DNA of 64,000 bases from a virus. The position numbers and the translations under genes are program-made. The stretch covers positions 32,001 to 96,000 of IMG/VR virus record IMGVR_UViG_3300004481_000271, one strand, 5' to 3'. Below are positions 63,558 through 64,000 of this stretch, piece after piece. Every line of letters starts with the position of its first letter. The stretch's first letter is position 1. Under the pieces are notes generated by a model, which was given only the letters and a program-made list of their open reading frames with translations, was not told the origin of the DNA and searched no databases.

Positions 63558-64000
63558 TCATCCAAGAGATCGCGCCTTCCCATGAAGACGAGGGCGGGCG
63601 GCGTTCTTTTCGTTCTTTCGATCGACCTCGGCGCCGAGGTCGACCCCAAGGCGGGAGGCGGCCCGGAGGGTCTCGGCGAAGGTGAGCTCGAGGGCGATCA
63701 CAGCGTCGGTCCGGTTGTTGTGTCGCCAGTATTCGATCGCCTTGCAGACGTAGGAAACGATCGGCCATAGGACGACCTCGACGGGAGCGAAGGGGAGCCC
63801 CTCGAGGTCCCCAGGACGCGGGACGAAGTCGCGGACGTGCCAGCCCTCGCCGAGCCCCTCGAGGACGTGCAGAAGCCGGATCGCGAAGTCGGCGAGCTCC
63901 TCCTCGAGCGGGTCCTCTCCGGAGCCTCGGACGAAGTCGACGAGCTCGTCGAGCTCGGTCAAGGCGATCGCGAGCTTCCCGGGGAGGTTCTCCCAGGACG
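63558..64000 (-). CDS. MazG-like nucleotide pyrophosphohydrolase, 5'-truncated by the window edge
   Basis: KLAIALTELDE...EEELADFAIRLL...KNEKNAARPRLHGK. Frame is open to the window end. Confidence 0.8.
   Translation of the reverse strand, partial: SWENLPGKLAIALTELDELVDFVRGSGEDPLEEELADFAIRLLHVLEGLGEGWHVRDFVPRPGDLEGLPFAPVEVVLWPIVSYVCKAIEYWRHNNRTDAVIALELTFAETLRAASRLGVDLGAEVDRKNEKNAARPRLHGKARSLG

Noticed and set aside
1-64000. tRNA, rRNA genes and intrinsic terminators
   Set aside because: None could be recognised with confidence by eye. tRNAscan-SE and Infernal would be needed.

Overview
About 64 kb of a very GC-rich (~70% by eye) tailed-phage or prophage genome with a contractile (myovirus-type) tail. 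Most genes are on the minus strand. Reading right to left there is (1) an early/accessory region of small ORFs driven by five copies of a near-consensus sigma70 promoter cassette, with a MazG-like gene and a small serine recombinase; (2) terminase, portal and MuF; (3) a 1684-aa polyprotein, scaffold and major capsid protein; (4) head/neck accessory genes including a poly-gamma-glutamate hydrolase; (5) sheath, tube, frameshifted chaperone, tape measure and baseplate genes resembling eCIS components, then a tail fibre; (6) a putative lysis block. A Holliday-junction-resolvase-like gene and a VWA gene lie on the plus strand at the left end. The standout is the polyprotein at 41030-46084. It fuses an XkdF-like prohead protease to an ATP-dependent ligase, two LigD-type phosphoesterase domains, a Pol-beta-type nucleotidyltransferase, an ASCH-like domain and His-rich repeats, with recurring hydrophobic-x-K motifs at the domain junctions. 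The inference is a capsid-packaged, protease-processed nucleic-acid end-repair kit, and its protease appears to be split between this gene and the scaffold gene. A myxobacterial (Polyangiales-like) host is a guess from composition and gene architecture only. All family assignments come from motif recognition by eye; no database searches were run.
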